Shown here: in pieces, positions 40,421 through 51,547 of the stretch | How positions within the stretch are numbered: the stretch's first letter is position 1 | Layout: the number at the start of each line of letters is the position of its first letter | Origin: Paraphysomonas bandaiensis | Taxonomy: Eukaryota > Protista > Chrysophyceae | Direction of reading: 5' to 3' | Assembly: GCA_965644295.1 (NCBI GenBank) | Contig: CBFFRP010000138.1 | Span: forward strand, 62,001-126,000 | DNA: 64,000 nt | Translations under genes and position numbers: made by a program | Notes under the pieces: generated by a model | The model's database searches: none | Told to the model about the DNA's origin: nothing | What the model saw: only the letters and a program-made list of their open reading frames with translations

Positions 40421-41072
40421 AACATCGATCTTTGCTATATGTGCCCTTGAAATAATTGATTGTTACTGCAGTCAGATGCAACTTCAGTGTTGGAGTCAAC
40501 AGACACAACCGGCTGTTGTTGTTTACGGCTACTTCCTTTTACCATTTGAGGGAACTTTTCTTCCATGTCTGAATCTGTCTCATTCATGGTTGCAGTAGCT
40601 ATGGTCGAATGCTGTCATGTCGCAGATATAGTAGAGCTTCGTATAGCTATGCAGTCCATACATTGGCTACATCCATGCATACACATGGTTTCAGCTCTCG
40701 TTTTATGGTGACCGTATATTAAGCTAGATACAGGCTTTTTTGCATGAAAACCCTAATTTGTGCATAAAATCCATAATTTATGTATAAACCTATAGTTTTA
40801 AGTATAAAATCTACATATTTTGGGTACGTTTTGTGAAAGTGATAATAAAAGCTGGCCATCTTATTTTGAGTATCGTACCAGCATCCTTTGTATATTTTTG
40901 TTCTAGATATTGAGTCAATAATTATCTGTATTCCGGCCGTAGTTGTATTGTAGTTCTATAGAGAATATTTGCTTCAATTTATTCCCGAAAAATGAGATGC
41001 TGACTGCCTATACGACATGCAGGGAGCTTCACTAGACATACTTCCATTACTTTATCTGCTGTGTATATAACA

Positions 41073-41705
41073 ATGTCCGATGAATGCAGCATCGGTAACA
41101 AGCGCAAGTTAACATTGAGAAGTTTCTCGGATATACAGAAATATCATTTCGTGAAAGAATATAAAGAGGGTCATTTCAAATCACTCAATCAATTCGTAGC
41201 CTACAAGAAGAACATATTCTGCCGTTCAGCATTATGCAAATGGATTAAAGACTGGGATAATGGGACATTGAAGATTGAAACTTGTACAGGTCGCAAGAAG
41301 CAAAGGAAGGGTTCATTTCCTGAGGTGGAGGAAAGAATTATTGAGTATATTAATTTGCACCAGAAAAAATACAAGACAGATAAATGCGGTTTGAGCTGGT
41401 TGCACCTACAGCAGAAGGCTAAGGACTATGCAAAGGTTTACAATATTAAGAAGCAAGTAATTCACATGTTTAACATAGTGCTGTGTAGATAGTCTATGCG
41501 GATGATGAAGAAACCCTCACTTCATTTCAAGCTTCATCTGGCTGGTTAAGCAATGTGTTGAAGAGTCGGAACAATTATGTTCTTGTGAATCAGCACCGAG
41601 AAGCTTCTGAGTTAACTGAAAGTTTCTTAGAGGAGCGCACAGAATCTTCGTCACAACCAACGATGCAGCAATTTTTCCCGGTGCAAAAATCTTCTACATT
41701 ATAAC
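41073..41705 (+). pseudogene. Truncated pogo-type transposase (HTH CENP-B/Tc5 DNA-binding domain only)
   Basis: RKKQRKGSFPEVEERIIEYI...GLSWLHLQQKA|..FQASSGWL..V. No DDE domain follows. Confidence 0.72.
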
Positions 41706-41835
41706 AGCGTCATGTAGTAATTTTATGTCACACAGCGTTATGTAATACCAGGCTTTTCACACAATTATTTATCTGTAATGTGATAATAGAAATTTTTTTC
41801 AGTCATAAGCTAGTATGCCAGGTTGGACTATAGAC

Positions 41836-42804
41836 CAGGGATAGGGAACAATATATTGTATTGCAATATATTGTACAATATATTGCAATATATTGTAAAA
41901 TATATTGATTGGTGGACTGGTCAAATATTCCATCAATAGTGTTTCTGTTAATAGAGCTCACAATACTATTGCAATATATTGCAATCAATATTATGATAGT
42001 CATATAAGAGAAGATCCTCAACTGTATGGTGCAAAATATACGCCTCTGTATACAAATATCCGGAAAATAAGAAAAAAAGCCTATTTTTGATGTTATTTTC
42101 TATTTTTTATGTATCGCCAGCTCAAACAGCACTCTACACCTCTCCACATGTATGTACAGTACTTCTCTTAATATAGTATATATATCCTATAGTGACAAGA
42201 AGAGACAACTGAATGATGAGTGCATACAAGAGTAGGGACATTTACCGCTGTTTTTGGAGTCCGGTCGAAGGTGTCCCGAACAAACACGAGTGTAAAATCT
42301 GCGGACGTAAACGACAACAGAATATTCGGAATGGATACAACAATCTAAAGGATCACACTTTCTCTCATGATGTGTGGGAGGAGACATTGAAGAGGTATTT
42401 ACGGGCTGTCTGCACCAATGGTCCCATGGATGCTTTTGTTCTGCAGCCTTCAGACAAGGCGAAAACAATTTATGAGTGGGTGGAGTGGATTGTCGAGGAA
42501 AATCTTCCATTAAATTTCTCAGATGATGTCTCAGAGGATGAGTATGAGGAAACTTTTAATTAGTTAAGAGTAGTTGGTTTGATTATCAAGTGACCTTAGA
42601 CCTTATAAAATATGGCAAGTACTAAAAATGAAAACTACGGATGTGTTTACTTACTGATTAGTCATACTAATATATTGCAATATATTGTACAATATATTGC
42701 AATATATTGCAATAGTATTGTAGGGCCGGTTTAAAAAATCCATCAATACTATTGATGGAACGCTACCTAACAATAGTATTGCAATATATTGTTCCCTATC
42801 CCTG
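41836..42804 (+). mobile_element. Non-autonomous hAT transposon (internal deletion derivative)
   Basis: TIR CAGGGATAGGGAACAATATATTG at both ends, a perfect 8-bp TSD CTATAGAC (41828-41835 and 42805-42812), and subterminal CAATATATTG repeats. Confidence 0.92.
42213..42563 (+). pseudogene. BED zinc-finger fragment of hAT transposase joined to an acidic tail
   Basis: FW...HECKICGRKRQQNIRNGYNNLKDH..SH (BED-like), then IYEWVEWIVEENLPLNFS, abruptly followed by DDVSEDEYEETFN*. Confidence 0.75.
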
Positions 42805-43779
42805 CTATAGACTATAGTATACGATATACGACATTTTAATCAAAGACTTAAGGTTTCACACAATTATTTATCTGTAATGTGATAATAGAAAATTTTCCGA
42901 TCCTAAGCTAGTACGCCATGTTGGACTGTAGTATACGACATCTTAATTAAAGACTTAAGAGTTTTGAGTATAAAACCATGGTTTTACTATCTAAAAACTA
43001 GGGTTTTAAAAAGAATAGTAGGATTTTCTATGGTGACCCCTCTCGTTATGGTGGTCAGTTTTGCCACAGTACATGTGGTCACCATAACGCGAATGTACTG
43101 TACATACATAATATTGTTTCGCATCGTGATACTACTGTTTAAGTCAGTATTGATATTCCTCGATTTCTCCTTCCTTAGGTTCGATTGGATGATCGTTGTG
43201 TAGAGTATAAATGATCTTAGGCTTTCTGTGAAACCATGCAAGACACTTCTTCTGCCACCTGGAGAAATTCTTCGTGTCGATCTTCGGCGTTGAGTCTCGC
43301 CGTTGTTGAATCCAAGTCGGTTGAGTCGTAACTTGCTACTTTAACTGACATCTCGCTACCAAATAAAAATTTAAGCTTAGTAGTAGTAAGAAGAATGTTG
43401 TGATTATTAGAATGTAAGTGATGAACACAGTATTGTGATAAAAGTGAATAATAATATAGAGCATATCTATCATGCACAATGGAATAGTTAGAAGTGTAAC
43501 TGCTAAGGACGATGATCGTCGTTATGATGACAATCATGTATCTTCAACAGATACTCTCATTAATTCTGTTCATGATATATTTCTTTGAACATTGTGACTC
43601 ACATATATTATCTTATATGAATTCGAATCATAATATATAACTGGTAAAAGTGTTCATATGAAATTATTGAATGAATAATGAGAGATGTTTATTAATTGAT
43701 TACTAAGGTCAAAAATTAGTACTTCAAACAAACTACAAATTTCAACTTTGATCATCTACTAACAGCACCATATTATCAA

Positions 43780-44065
43780 GTCGATCCATCACATGGATAT
43801 GTATAGTCCTGTGAACGAACAAGCCACTGCAGAACATCCAAGTGTCCACCTCTACCAGCAGCATTGCAGTGTCTGCATTCCAGAGACATTTAGGGTCCTA
43901 CGAACAAAGCCACTGTAAAACATCCAAGTATCCACTCCTGCAGCCTCGATGCATGTCTGTTCATTCCAGGGCATGGAAGGCCTTGTGAACGAAGCCACTG
44001 CATAACATCCACGTGCCCACCCATAGCAGCCATTATACAAGCTCCTGTCTCTTACAAGTCATCGG
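43780..44065 (-). pseudogene. Highly degenerate F-box/ankyrin-like repeat gene relic (copy E)
   Basis: F-box fragment (GATGACTTGTAAGAGAC) joined to decayed repeats (PWNEQTCIEAAG, GGHLDVLQWL) with frameshifts. Confidence 0.65.
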
Positions 44066-45294
44066 CACAAAACAGACTTGTGGGTTTTCTCCCAATATAA
44101 ACACTTATTATTACTGCTCAAGCACCTAACATGGTCAACAATATCCGCTAGATAACGAAGTACAGTATTGACTTTGATTGGAAAGTGGTCAAAAAAGCCA
44201 CTTTTAATGATCTAAATCCCTAAGAAATTGGAAATATGGGGTATTTAGGCCAACAGAATGATGTGTGCAGGTCAGGCTGAGGTGGATATGAGCCAGACTG
44301 CTTCGAGTTTTGATGCCTGTCCAGAATCTTTCAATCTGAGGGAGGGGTGAGTCCCACGCTTTTACTGGAGAGAGTATTTAGTACTGGGGTGATCCAAGGC
44401 AGTAGTGTCTCGCCCCGTGAGGCTTGAAGCCTTTCTTGTGCAATAGAATCGTGAGTACAGTCAAGTACCATATATATGTGTGAGAGAATCTAGCTGGTAG
44501 CCGCAATCGATGCAAGTGGTTTGTTTGTGTCAAGCCCACGACATGACCCTAACTCTGAGAGGACTGGGTACCACAGCTTCAAATCATATTCAGTATCAGA
44601 TGTGGCATATTCTTGAACGGTAGTGTATTTGTCCCTACTAAATTTAACCGACATTCCTACTAAACTAAAATGTAACCATTTGTTTCTACTAAATTTTGCT
44701 GACGTCCATATTAAAGTTAGAATATGACATAACTACATAACTGAACAAGATTATCACTCTATGCTGAGATTATAAGTTAGATAGTATATATAGTAACATT
44801 GGTGCTAGCGATCTGGTTGTATACGCGGTACTTCTTGGCGAGAATTATAAACTGAGAATCAGGTTGATGCTTTAAGGCTAAACAATAATACTAATAATAT
44901 ATTGTTTCTACACTTGTGTGTTGTGTGCTATTCGTGATACAACCTGTTGATGCATAGCGAGCCGTTACCAAGGTTATCAAACCGGGGCTCGCCATAATTT
45001 GGTGTTAACAATCGTCAGTCTTTGTTACTATACAGTATTTGTATCTATCGTACTTCTAAGAGAAACTATGAGGTATATTGTGATACTAAAACGTAAATCA
45101 TTTTTTTAATTTCATGAAATAATCTTAGAGTATACCTAAGTATATTATAAATACTATAGTATAAATAGGAGTGCAGACAGTAGATGCGACCTGTTTAAAC
45201 TACCAGTGTATAAAAAATACTACAAGGTATAATAGGGGTGCAGCCAGTGGATGTGAACGAAGCCACTTCAGAACACCCAAGAGTCCACCCATAG

Positions 45295-45790
45295 CATCCC
45301 ATGGACATGGAGGGTCCTGTACAAGAAGCAAGTTCAGCACATACAAGTGTCCACTACAAGCAGCCATAATCATAAGTCTGTGTATCCCATGGACATGGAG
45401 GGTCCTGGGCACGAAGCCACTTCAGAACATCCCAGTGTCCACCCATAGCAGTCATATCACAGTCCGCGCATCCCATGGACATGGAGGGTCCTGTACAAGA
45501 AGCAAGTTCAGCACATACAAGTGTCCACTACAAGCAGCCATAATCATAAGTCTGTGTATCCCATGGACATGGAGGGTTCTGGGCACGAAGCCACTTCAGA
45601 ACATCCCAGTGTCCACCCATAGCAGTCATATCACAGTCCGCGCATCCCATGGACATGGAGGGTCCTGTACAAGAAACAAGTTCAGCACATACAAGTGTCC
45701 ACTACAAGCAGCCATAATCATAAATCTGTGTATCCCATGGACATGGAGGGTTCTGGGCACGAAGCCACTTCAGAACATCCAAGTGTCCAC
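45295..45790 (-). repeat. 174-bp tandem unit (2 x 87 bp) present about 3 times at the gene 3' end
   Basis: Units start at 45295, 45469 and 45643. Each has one +1 and one -1 frameshifted repeat module. Confidence 0.88.
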
Positions 45791-47054
45791 CCATAGCAGC
45801 CATATCACAAATCCGTTCACCCCATGGACATGGAGGTTCCTGTGACCGAAGCCATTTCAAAACATCCAGGTGTCCTCCCATAGCAGCCATATTACAAGTT
45901 CCTGCATTCCATGGACATGGAGGGTCCTGTGCACGAAGCCACTTCAGAACATCCAAGTGTCCACCCATAGCAGCTTCGCGGCAAGTGTCTGCATCCCATG
46001 TACATGGAGGGTTCTGTGAACGAAGCCACTTCAGCACATCCAAATGTCCTCCCATAGCAGCCATATTACAAGTTCCTGCATTCCATGGACATGGAGGGTC
46101 CTGTACACGAAGCCACTTCAGAATATCAAAATGTCCTCCCATAGCTGCCATAGTACAAGTCTGTGCATCCCATGGACATGGAGGGTCCTGTGAACGAAGC
46201 CACTTCAGAACATCCAAGTGTCCACCCCTAGCAGCTTCGCGGCATGTGTCTGCATTCCATGGACAAGGAGGGTCCTGTGCACGAAGCCACTTCAGAACAT
46301 CCAGGTGCCCACCGAAAGCAGCCTTATCACAAGTTTCTTCATCCCATGGACATGGAGGGTCCTGTGAACGAAGCCACTTCAGAACATCCAAGTCACCACC
46401 CCTAGCAGCCATATTACAAGTCCGTTTACGCCATGGACATGGAGGGTCCTGTGAACGAAGCCACTTCAGAATATCCAGGTGCCCACCGAAAGCAGCCATA
46501 TCACAAGTTCTTGCATCCCATGGACATGGAGGGTCCTGTGAACGAAGCCACTTCAGAACATCCAAGTGTCCTCCCCAAGCAGCATTCCAGCAAGTGTCTG
46601 CACCCCATGTACAAGGAGGGTTCTGTGAACGAAGCCACTTCAGCACATCCAAGTGTCCACCCCTTGCAGCCATATTGTATGTCTTTGTATCCCATATGTG
46701 TGTTGGGTCCTCTGTATGTGTACGATGCCTTATGAGGAATTCCATCTGCTGTATTCTGCCGTATAGTGCGCATCTATTCATTATAAGCATGTGTGGGCAG
46801 CCCATAGACAGAGCCCATGAGACCATTGAGTTGGTCATACAGTAGTGAGATGCACGTGACTCAAGTCTCTCTCTGCTCTTGTCTCTCGTGCTATCAGCCA
46901 TATCGTGAAGTCTCTTACAAGTCATCATCACAGGAAGGAGAGCTGAGGGTGGGATCATAGAGATGACCAGACGAAGAACATCATCATTAAGATCAGCTAT
47001 ACTCGACATGTCAACACTGATAATACGCTGAGGGTGTGTGAGGCTCATATACAT
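45702..47054 (-). CDS. F-box + 29-aa ankyrin-like repeat protein, copy A (11 full repeats)
   Basis: N-terminal F-box-like IADLNDDVLRLVISMIPPSALLPVMMTCKRLH, then xxxTCxxAAxGGHLDVLKWLRSQDPPCPW repeats. Intronless. The real start may be the ATG at 47009. Confidence 0.85.
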   Translation of the reverse strand: MYMSLTHPQRIISVDMSSIADLNDDVLRLVISMIPPSALLPVMMTCKRLHDMADSTRDKSRERLESRASHYCMTNSMVSWALSMGCPHMLIMNRCALYGRIQQMEFLIRHRTHTEDPTHIWDTKTYNMAARGGHLDVLKWLRSQNPPCTWGADTCWNAAWGGHLDVLKWLRSQDPPCPWDARTCDMAAFGGHLDILKWLRSQDPPCPWRKRTCNMAARGGDLDVLKWLRSQDPPCPWDEETCDKAAFGGHLDVLKWLRAQDPPCPWNADTCREAARGGHLDVLKWLRSQDPPCPWDAQTCTMAAMGGHFDILKWLRVQDPPCPWNAGTCNMAAMGGHLDVLKWLRSQNPPCTWDADTCREAAMGGHLDVLKWLRAQDPPCPWNAGTCNMAAMGGHLDVLKWLRSQEPPCPWGERICDMAAMGGHLDVLKWLRAQNPPCPWDTQIYDYGCL

Positions 47055-47084
47055 GCACTACCAGATTGACATACATACACTCTG

Positions 47085-47239
47085 GGGGTGGTTGTGCATA
47101 TCGATTTCATCGATTTGTTGAAAAATCATCGTTTTCTCAGTGAAAAGTGAAAAAAAGTGACTTTTTAATGAAAAAACGATGATTTTTCGATGAAATAAAC
47201 GATGAACAAATCGATGAAATCGATATGCACAACCACCCC
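47085..47239. mobile_element. 155-bp MITE, PIF/Harbinger (Tourist)-like
   Basis: 35-bp perfect TIR GGGGTGGTTGTGCATATCGATTTCATCGATTTGTT and a 3-bp TSD CTG. The empty site CACTCTGACTAGAAC is seen in the paralogous upstream region at about 63885-63900. Confidence 0.9.
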
Positions 47240-47277
47240 CTGACTAGAACTATACTACGAATCGTATATGAGGATAC

Positions 47278-50200
47278 CAGTGCCCACCAAAACCCTGTAA
47301 TTCGCCAAAACCATGTAATTTTTTTTCATTTCAGTTTTCATAGTTTACATATGATTATGAATATTTTAAACTTTGTCACTCCGTATCTCTACTAATACGA
47401 AACCAACCACACATATCAACATATCCTCGTGTTCATCTTGCTCTGATCTTCCAACTTATCCAAATTGTTGTGGGGTTTGAGCTAAATACTTCTCCGTTCT
47501 GCCCCTCACATTTCACCTCTCCCGCAACTGAGATTCCACGATCCCAACCAACAGACACAGACTTTAAGTGATGGGAAATGGTGTGAATGGTGGGTGTTGT
47601 GAAAGTGGCGACATCTTACATCTGCTTGTCACCTCCCGTATGCTTCATCGTTGTGAATGTCACACTTATAGATCTCTCTGTCATATGCGTACTGCACATA
47701 TACACGTCTTAATACATATACATTGCTCAAACGTATATATATATGTGTTATATATGTACTGCGTACACATATATGTACGAATTATATGTATATGTCACAT
47801 ATATAAGTCTCTGTTACATACATGCTGCCCATATATATATGTGTGTGTCTCTGTCACAAATGTACTGCATATATATATATGTGCCATATGAATACTTCAC
47901 ACAAAAACACGTTTGTGACACATATATACTTCAAACATCTATGTATGTATGTCATATATAAACTGCAAGCTTATATATGTCTCTGTTACATATGTTGTGC
48001 GATATGTAGATATGTCATGTCTATGTTATATGTACACTGCACACATAAAGTGTATATCAGGGCTAGGGAACAATATATTGCAATACTATTGTGACGTATC
48101 GTCCCCCCAATACCTAGTTCAATTGTTTTTTAAGAGTCTATTGATACTATTACAATGTATTGCAATATACATATTACAATATATTGCAATAGTATTAATA
48201 TATATATACGTAGTCCGTAGCTAATTACTTACGTTCACTTCATTTCTAGTACTGTTTTTTAAGAGTGTATGAGCATATCACAAACTGTAATGCCTAACAC
48301 CATTCAAATACTCGCATTAACGCCATATTCACAATCTATGCCTTCAATTCACTACTATTTGAGAGATGTGTACATCAGGCCACAAGTGGCGATTAGCTCT
48401 CGAAAATAGAATCACATCAAGTGTATAGGGATGAGTACTTTTGCGCAGGACGGAGATGATAAGTGTAGCTACGCTGACTAATCTTTCACGTGTATTTGTC
48501 GTGCAGACAACATGACTAGTGTACCTGTACCTTGATTTTTAACTTTTTGCTTCTTCACTTTCTGGGAGGACTGTCCAACTCAGAATTTTTTATATTTAAT
48601 ATTGTTCTAACTTGCGATAATTAATATATTATGCATGTTGGGCAGTTACGGTTATTCATGGAGGGTAGGCTGCAGAATATGGTACGCAATAGTTGAGTCT
48701 GTACGTCTGAACTGTTCAATAGTAATTCGTAATTCCTACTTTCTACTTTCTATCGTCTCTTGACATATTTGGATGGTAAAACACCTTAATTAACTATACT
48801 TGAAGTCACACAGTATTAAAATTATAATCAACATCTCTCATTATTCATTGATATTCGTTACAATTACATTCTCTCAACTACCAAAAAATATTATCTTATC
48901 TTTATAGCCACGATCTTATACAGCCAAAGTGTTTCAGGTTCACTGCTTTAATTATCATTCTATCTTTAGTTCAACTAATACTGTATTCACGTATTCACTA
49001 CTACATTCTTCACGTAACAGCCATAATTCAGATACCTTTGAAATACAGGTTCTAAATGCTTACGAACAGCAAAACTCATCTCTTTCATCCGATGAGTAGT
49101 ATTAATAATATCGTCAACATCAATGATATTACATTACAAAAATGTAGCCTTAATTATATCTATGGTCTTTTTAATTAATAGCATGCATATAATTCTCGTG
49201 AGTTAGAATAATATTAAATATGAAAAATTCTGAGTTGGACACAGAAAGGTTGATATACAGTCCTTCCAGAAACTGAAGAATCGAAAAGTTGAGACATCAA
49301 GGTATCTATGAGCAATGAGCAAGGCTCTTCCATTTTTCTCTCTGGAAGATTTCATCAAGCTACGAGAGAATAGTGATGCAAAAGCTCTAAATTCGGTATG
49401 AGAGTTATGCATTTTTCGTGTACACTTCGGCCAAGTAATATAAGTTTTGCAGAATACATACAAGCTCAGTACACTACAAACAATATTCGTCACCTTTGAA
49501 GATCCGTCATCTTGGTAGAGATGTTTTGCTGTTTCTAGTACAGAGGTTCAAGAATTTATGCACCACCTACATGTTTTCAATCCAAAAGTGATCAACTTTA
49601 TGTCACTGTGGAATATCGCCTAGTTGATCGCTACATAGAACCCTATACCTTTAACTATGCTCACAAACTGCCTCCAAATCAATATAACAACGCATTACAG
49701 ATGATGTAAAGACACTATACTAGGCACGTCAAATACACGTGAAAGATTAGTCAGCGTAGCTACACTTATCATCTCCGTCCTGCGCAAAAGTACTCATCCC
49801 GATACACTTGATGTGATTCTATTTTCGAGAGCTAATCGCCACTTGTGGCCTGATGTACACATCTCTCAAATAGTAGTGAATTGAAGGCATAGATTGTGAA
49901 TATGGCGTTAATGCGAGTATTTGAATGGTGTTAGGCATTACAGTTTGTGATATGCTCATACACTCTTAAAAAACAGTACTAGAAATGAAGTGAACGTAAG
50001 TAATTAGCTACGGACTACGTATATATATATTAATACTATTGCAATATATTGTAATATGTATATTGCAATACATTGTAATAGTATCAATAGACTCTTAAAA
50101 AACAATTGAACTAGGTATTGGGGGGACGATACGTCACAATAGTATTGCAATATATTGTTCCCTAGCCCTGATATACACTTTATGTGTGCAGTGTACATAT

Positions 50201-50948
50201 AACATAGACATGACATATCTACATATCGCACAACATATGTAACAGAGACATATATAAGCTTGCAGTTTATATATGACATACATACATAGATGTTTGAAGT
50301 ATATATGTGTCACAAACGTGTTTTTGTGTGAAGTATTCATATGGCACATATATATATGCAGTACATTTGTGACAGAGACACACACATATATATATGGGCA
50401 GCATGTATGTAACAGAGACTTATATATGTGACATATACATATAATTCGTACATATATGTGTACGCAGTACATATATAACACATATATATATACGTTTGAG
50501 CAATGTATATGTATTAAGACGTGTATATGTGCAGTACGCATATGACAGAGAGATCTATAAGTGTGACATTCACAACGATGAAGCATACGGGAGGTGACAA
50601 GCAGATGTAAGATGTCGCCACTTTCACAACACCCACCATTCACACCATTTCCCATCACTTAAAGTCTGTGTCTGTTGGTTGGGATCGTGGAATCTCAGTT
50701 GCGGGAGAGGTGAAATGTGAGGGGCAGAACGGAGAAGTATTTAGCTCAAACCCCACAACAATTTGGATAAGTTGGAAGATCAGAGCAAGATGAACACGAG
50801 GATATGTTGATATGTGTGGTTGGTTTCGTATTAGTAGAGATACGGAGTGACAAAGTTTAAAATATTCATAATCATATGTAAACTATGAAAACTGAAATGA
50901 AAAAAAATTACATGGTTTTGGCGAATTACAGGGTTTTGGTGGGCACTG
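47278..50948. mobile_element. 3.67 kb foldback element with ~1.23 kb TIRs and 6-bp TSD
   Basis: Arms 47278-48504 and 49724-50948 are near-perfect inverted copies. Termini are CAGTG...CACTG, flanked by GGATAC on both sides. The empty site GAGGATACATCAACAC is present (reverse strand) at about 58540, 60385 and 63850. Confidence 0.9.
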
Positions 50949-51009
50949 GGATACATCAACACATATACGGTCTATGCGTATGTATGTACCTACAAAAAAT
51001 ACACGACAG

Positions 51010-51405
51010 CATACATATACATACATACATACATACATACATACATACATACATACATACATACATACATACATACATACATACATACATACATACATAC
51101 ATACATACATACATACATACATACGTACATACATACATACATACATACATACATACATACATACATACATACATACATACATACATACATACATACATAC
51201 ATACATACATACATACATACATACATACATACATACATACATACATACATACATACATACATACATACATACATACATACATACATACATACATACATAC
51301 ATACATACATACATACATACATACATACATACATACATACATACATACATACATACATACCTACATACATACATACATACATACATACATACATACATAC
51401 ATACA

Positions 51406-51435
<30 letters not shown>
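51010..51435. repeat. (ATAC)n microsatellite, ~425 bp
   Basis: About 105 nearly perfect tetranucleotide units. Confidence 0.98.
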
Positions 51436-51437
<2 letters not shown>

Positions 51438-51547
51438 AAGAGTGGATCGTAGAATGGTTCTATATCTCGTTCCCATTCTATCATATAACTCGATCTCATG
51501 ATAATCCACGTAGCCAGATAACACTCCCAAGATCCATTTATCTTCCA

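Larger units (their letters stand above)
40690..43102 (+). mobile_element. Degenerate pogo/Tigger (Tc1-mariner) element, interrupted by a hAT insertion
   Basis: Contains a CENP-B/Tc5-type HTH ORF. The right end reads TA-CAGTACATTCGCGTTATGGTGACC on the minus strand, with a degenerate counterpart (CTCTCGTTTTATGGTGACC) near 40695 and similar AT-rich subterminal repeats at both ends. Confidence 0.5.
44155..47084 (-). repeat. Segmental duplication unit (gene + 3' flank + spacer), inverted relative to the 58.5-64 kb array
   Basis: 44155-45250 is the reverse complement of 61620-63730 without the MULE insertion. The gene matches 58591, 60439 and 63922. Confidence 0.9.

Noticed and set aside
45171-46845. 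Antisense and alternative-frame ORFs (HGHGGSCERSHF repeats) over the F-box repeat genes
   Set aside because: Shadow ORFs caused by the 87-bp periodicity, with no independent evidence of coding.
48505-49723. Possible transposase or captured gene in the foldback spacer (ORF 49203-49493)
   Set aside because: No DDE, zinc-finger or other motif was recognisable. It remains unassigned.
47568-50658. Mirror-image ORFs rich in Y/I/C/M in the foldback arms
   Set aside because: Low-complexity AT/AC dinucleotide sequence duplicated by the TIRs, and not protein-like.
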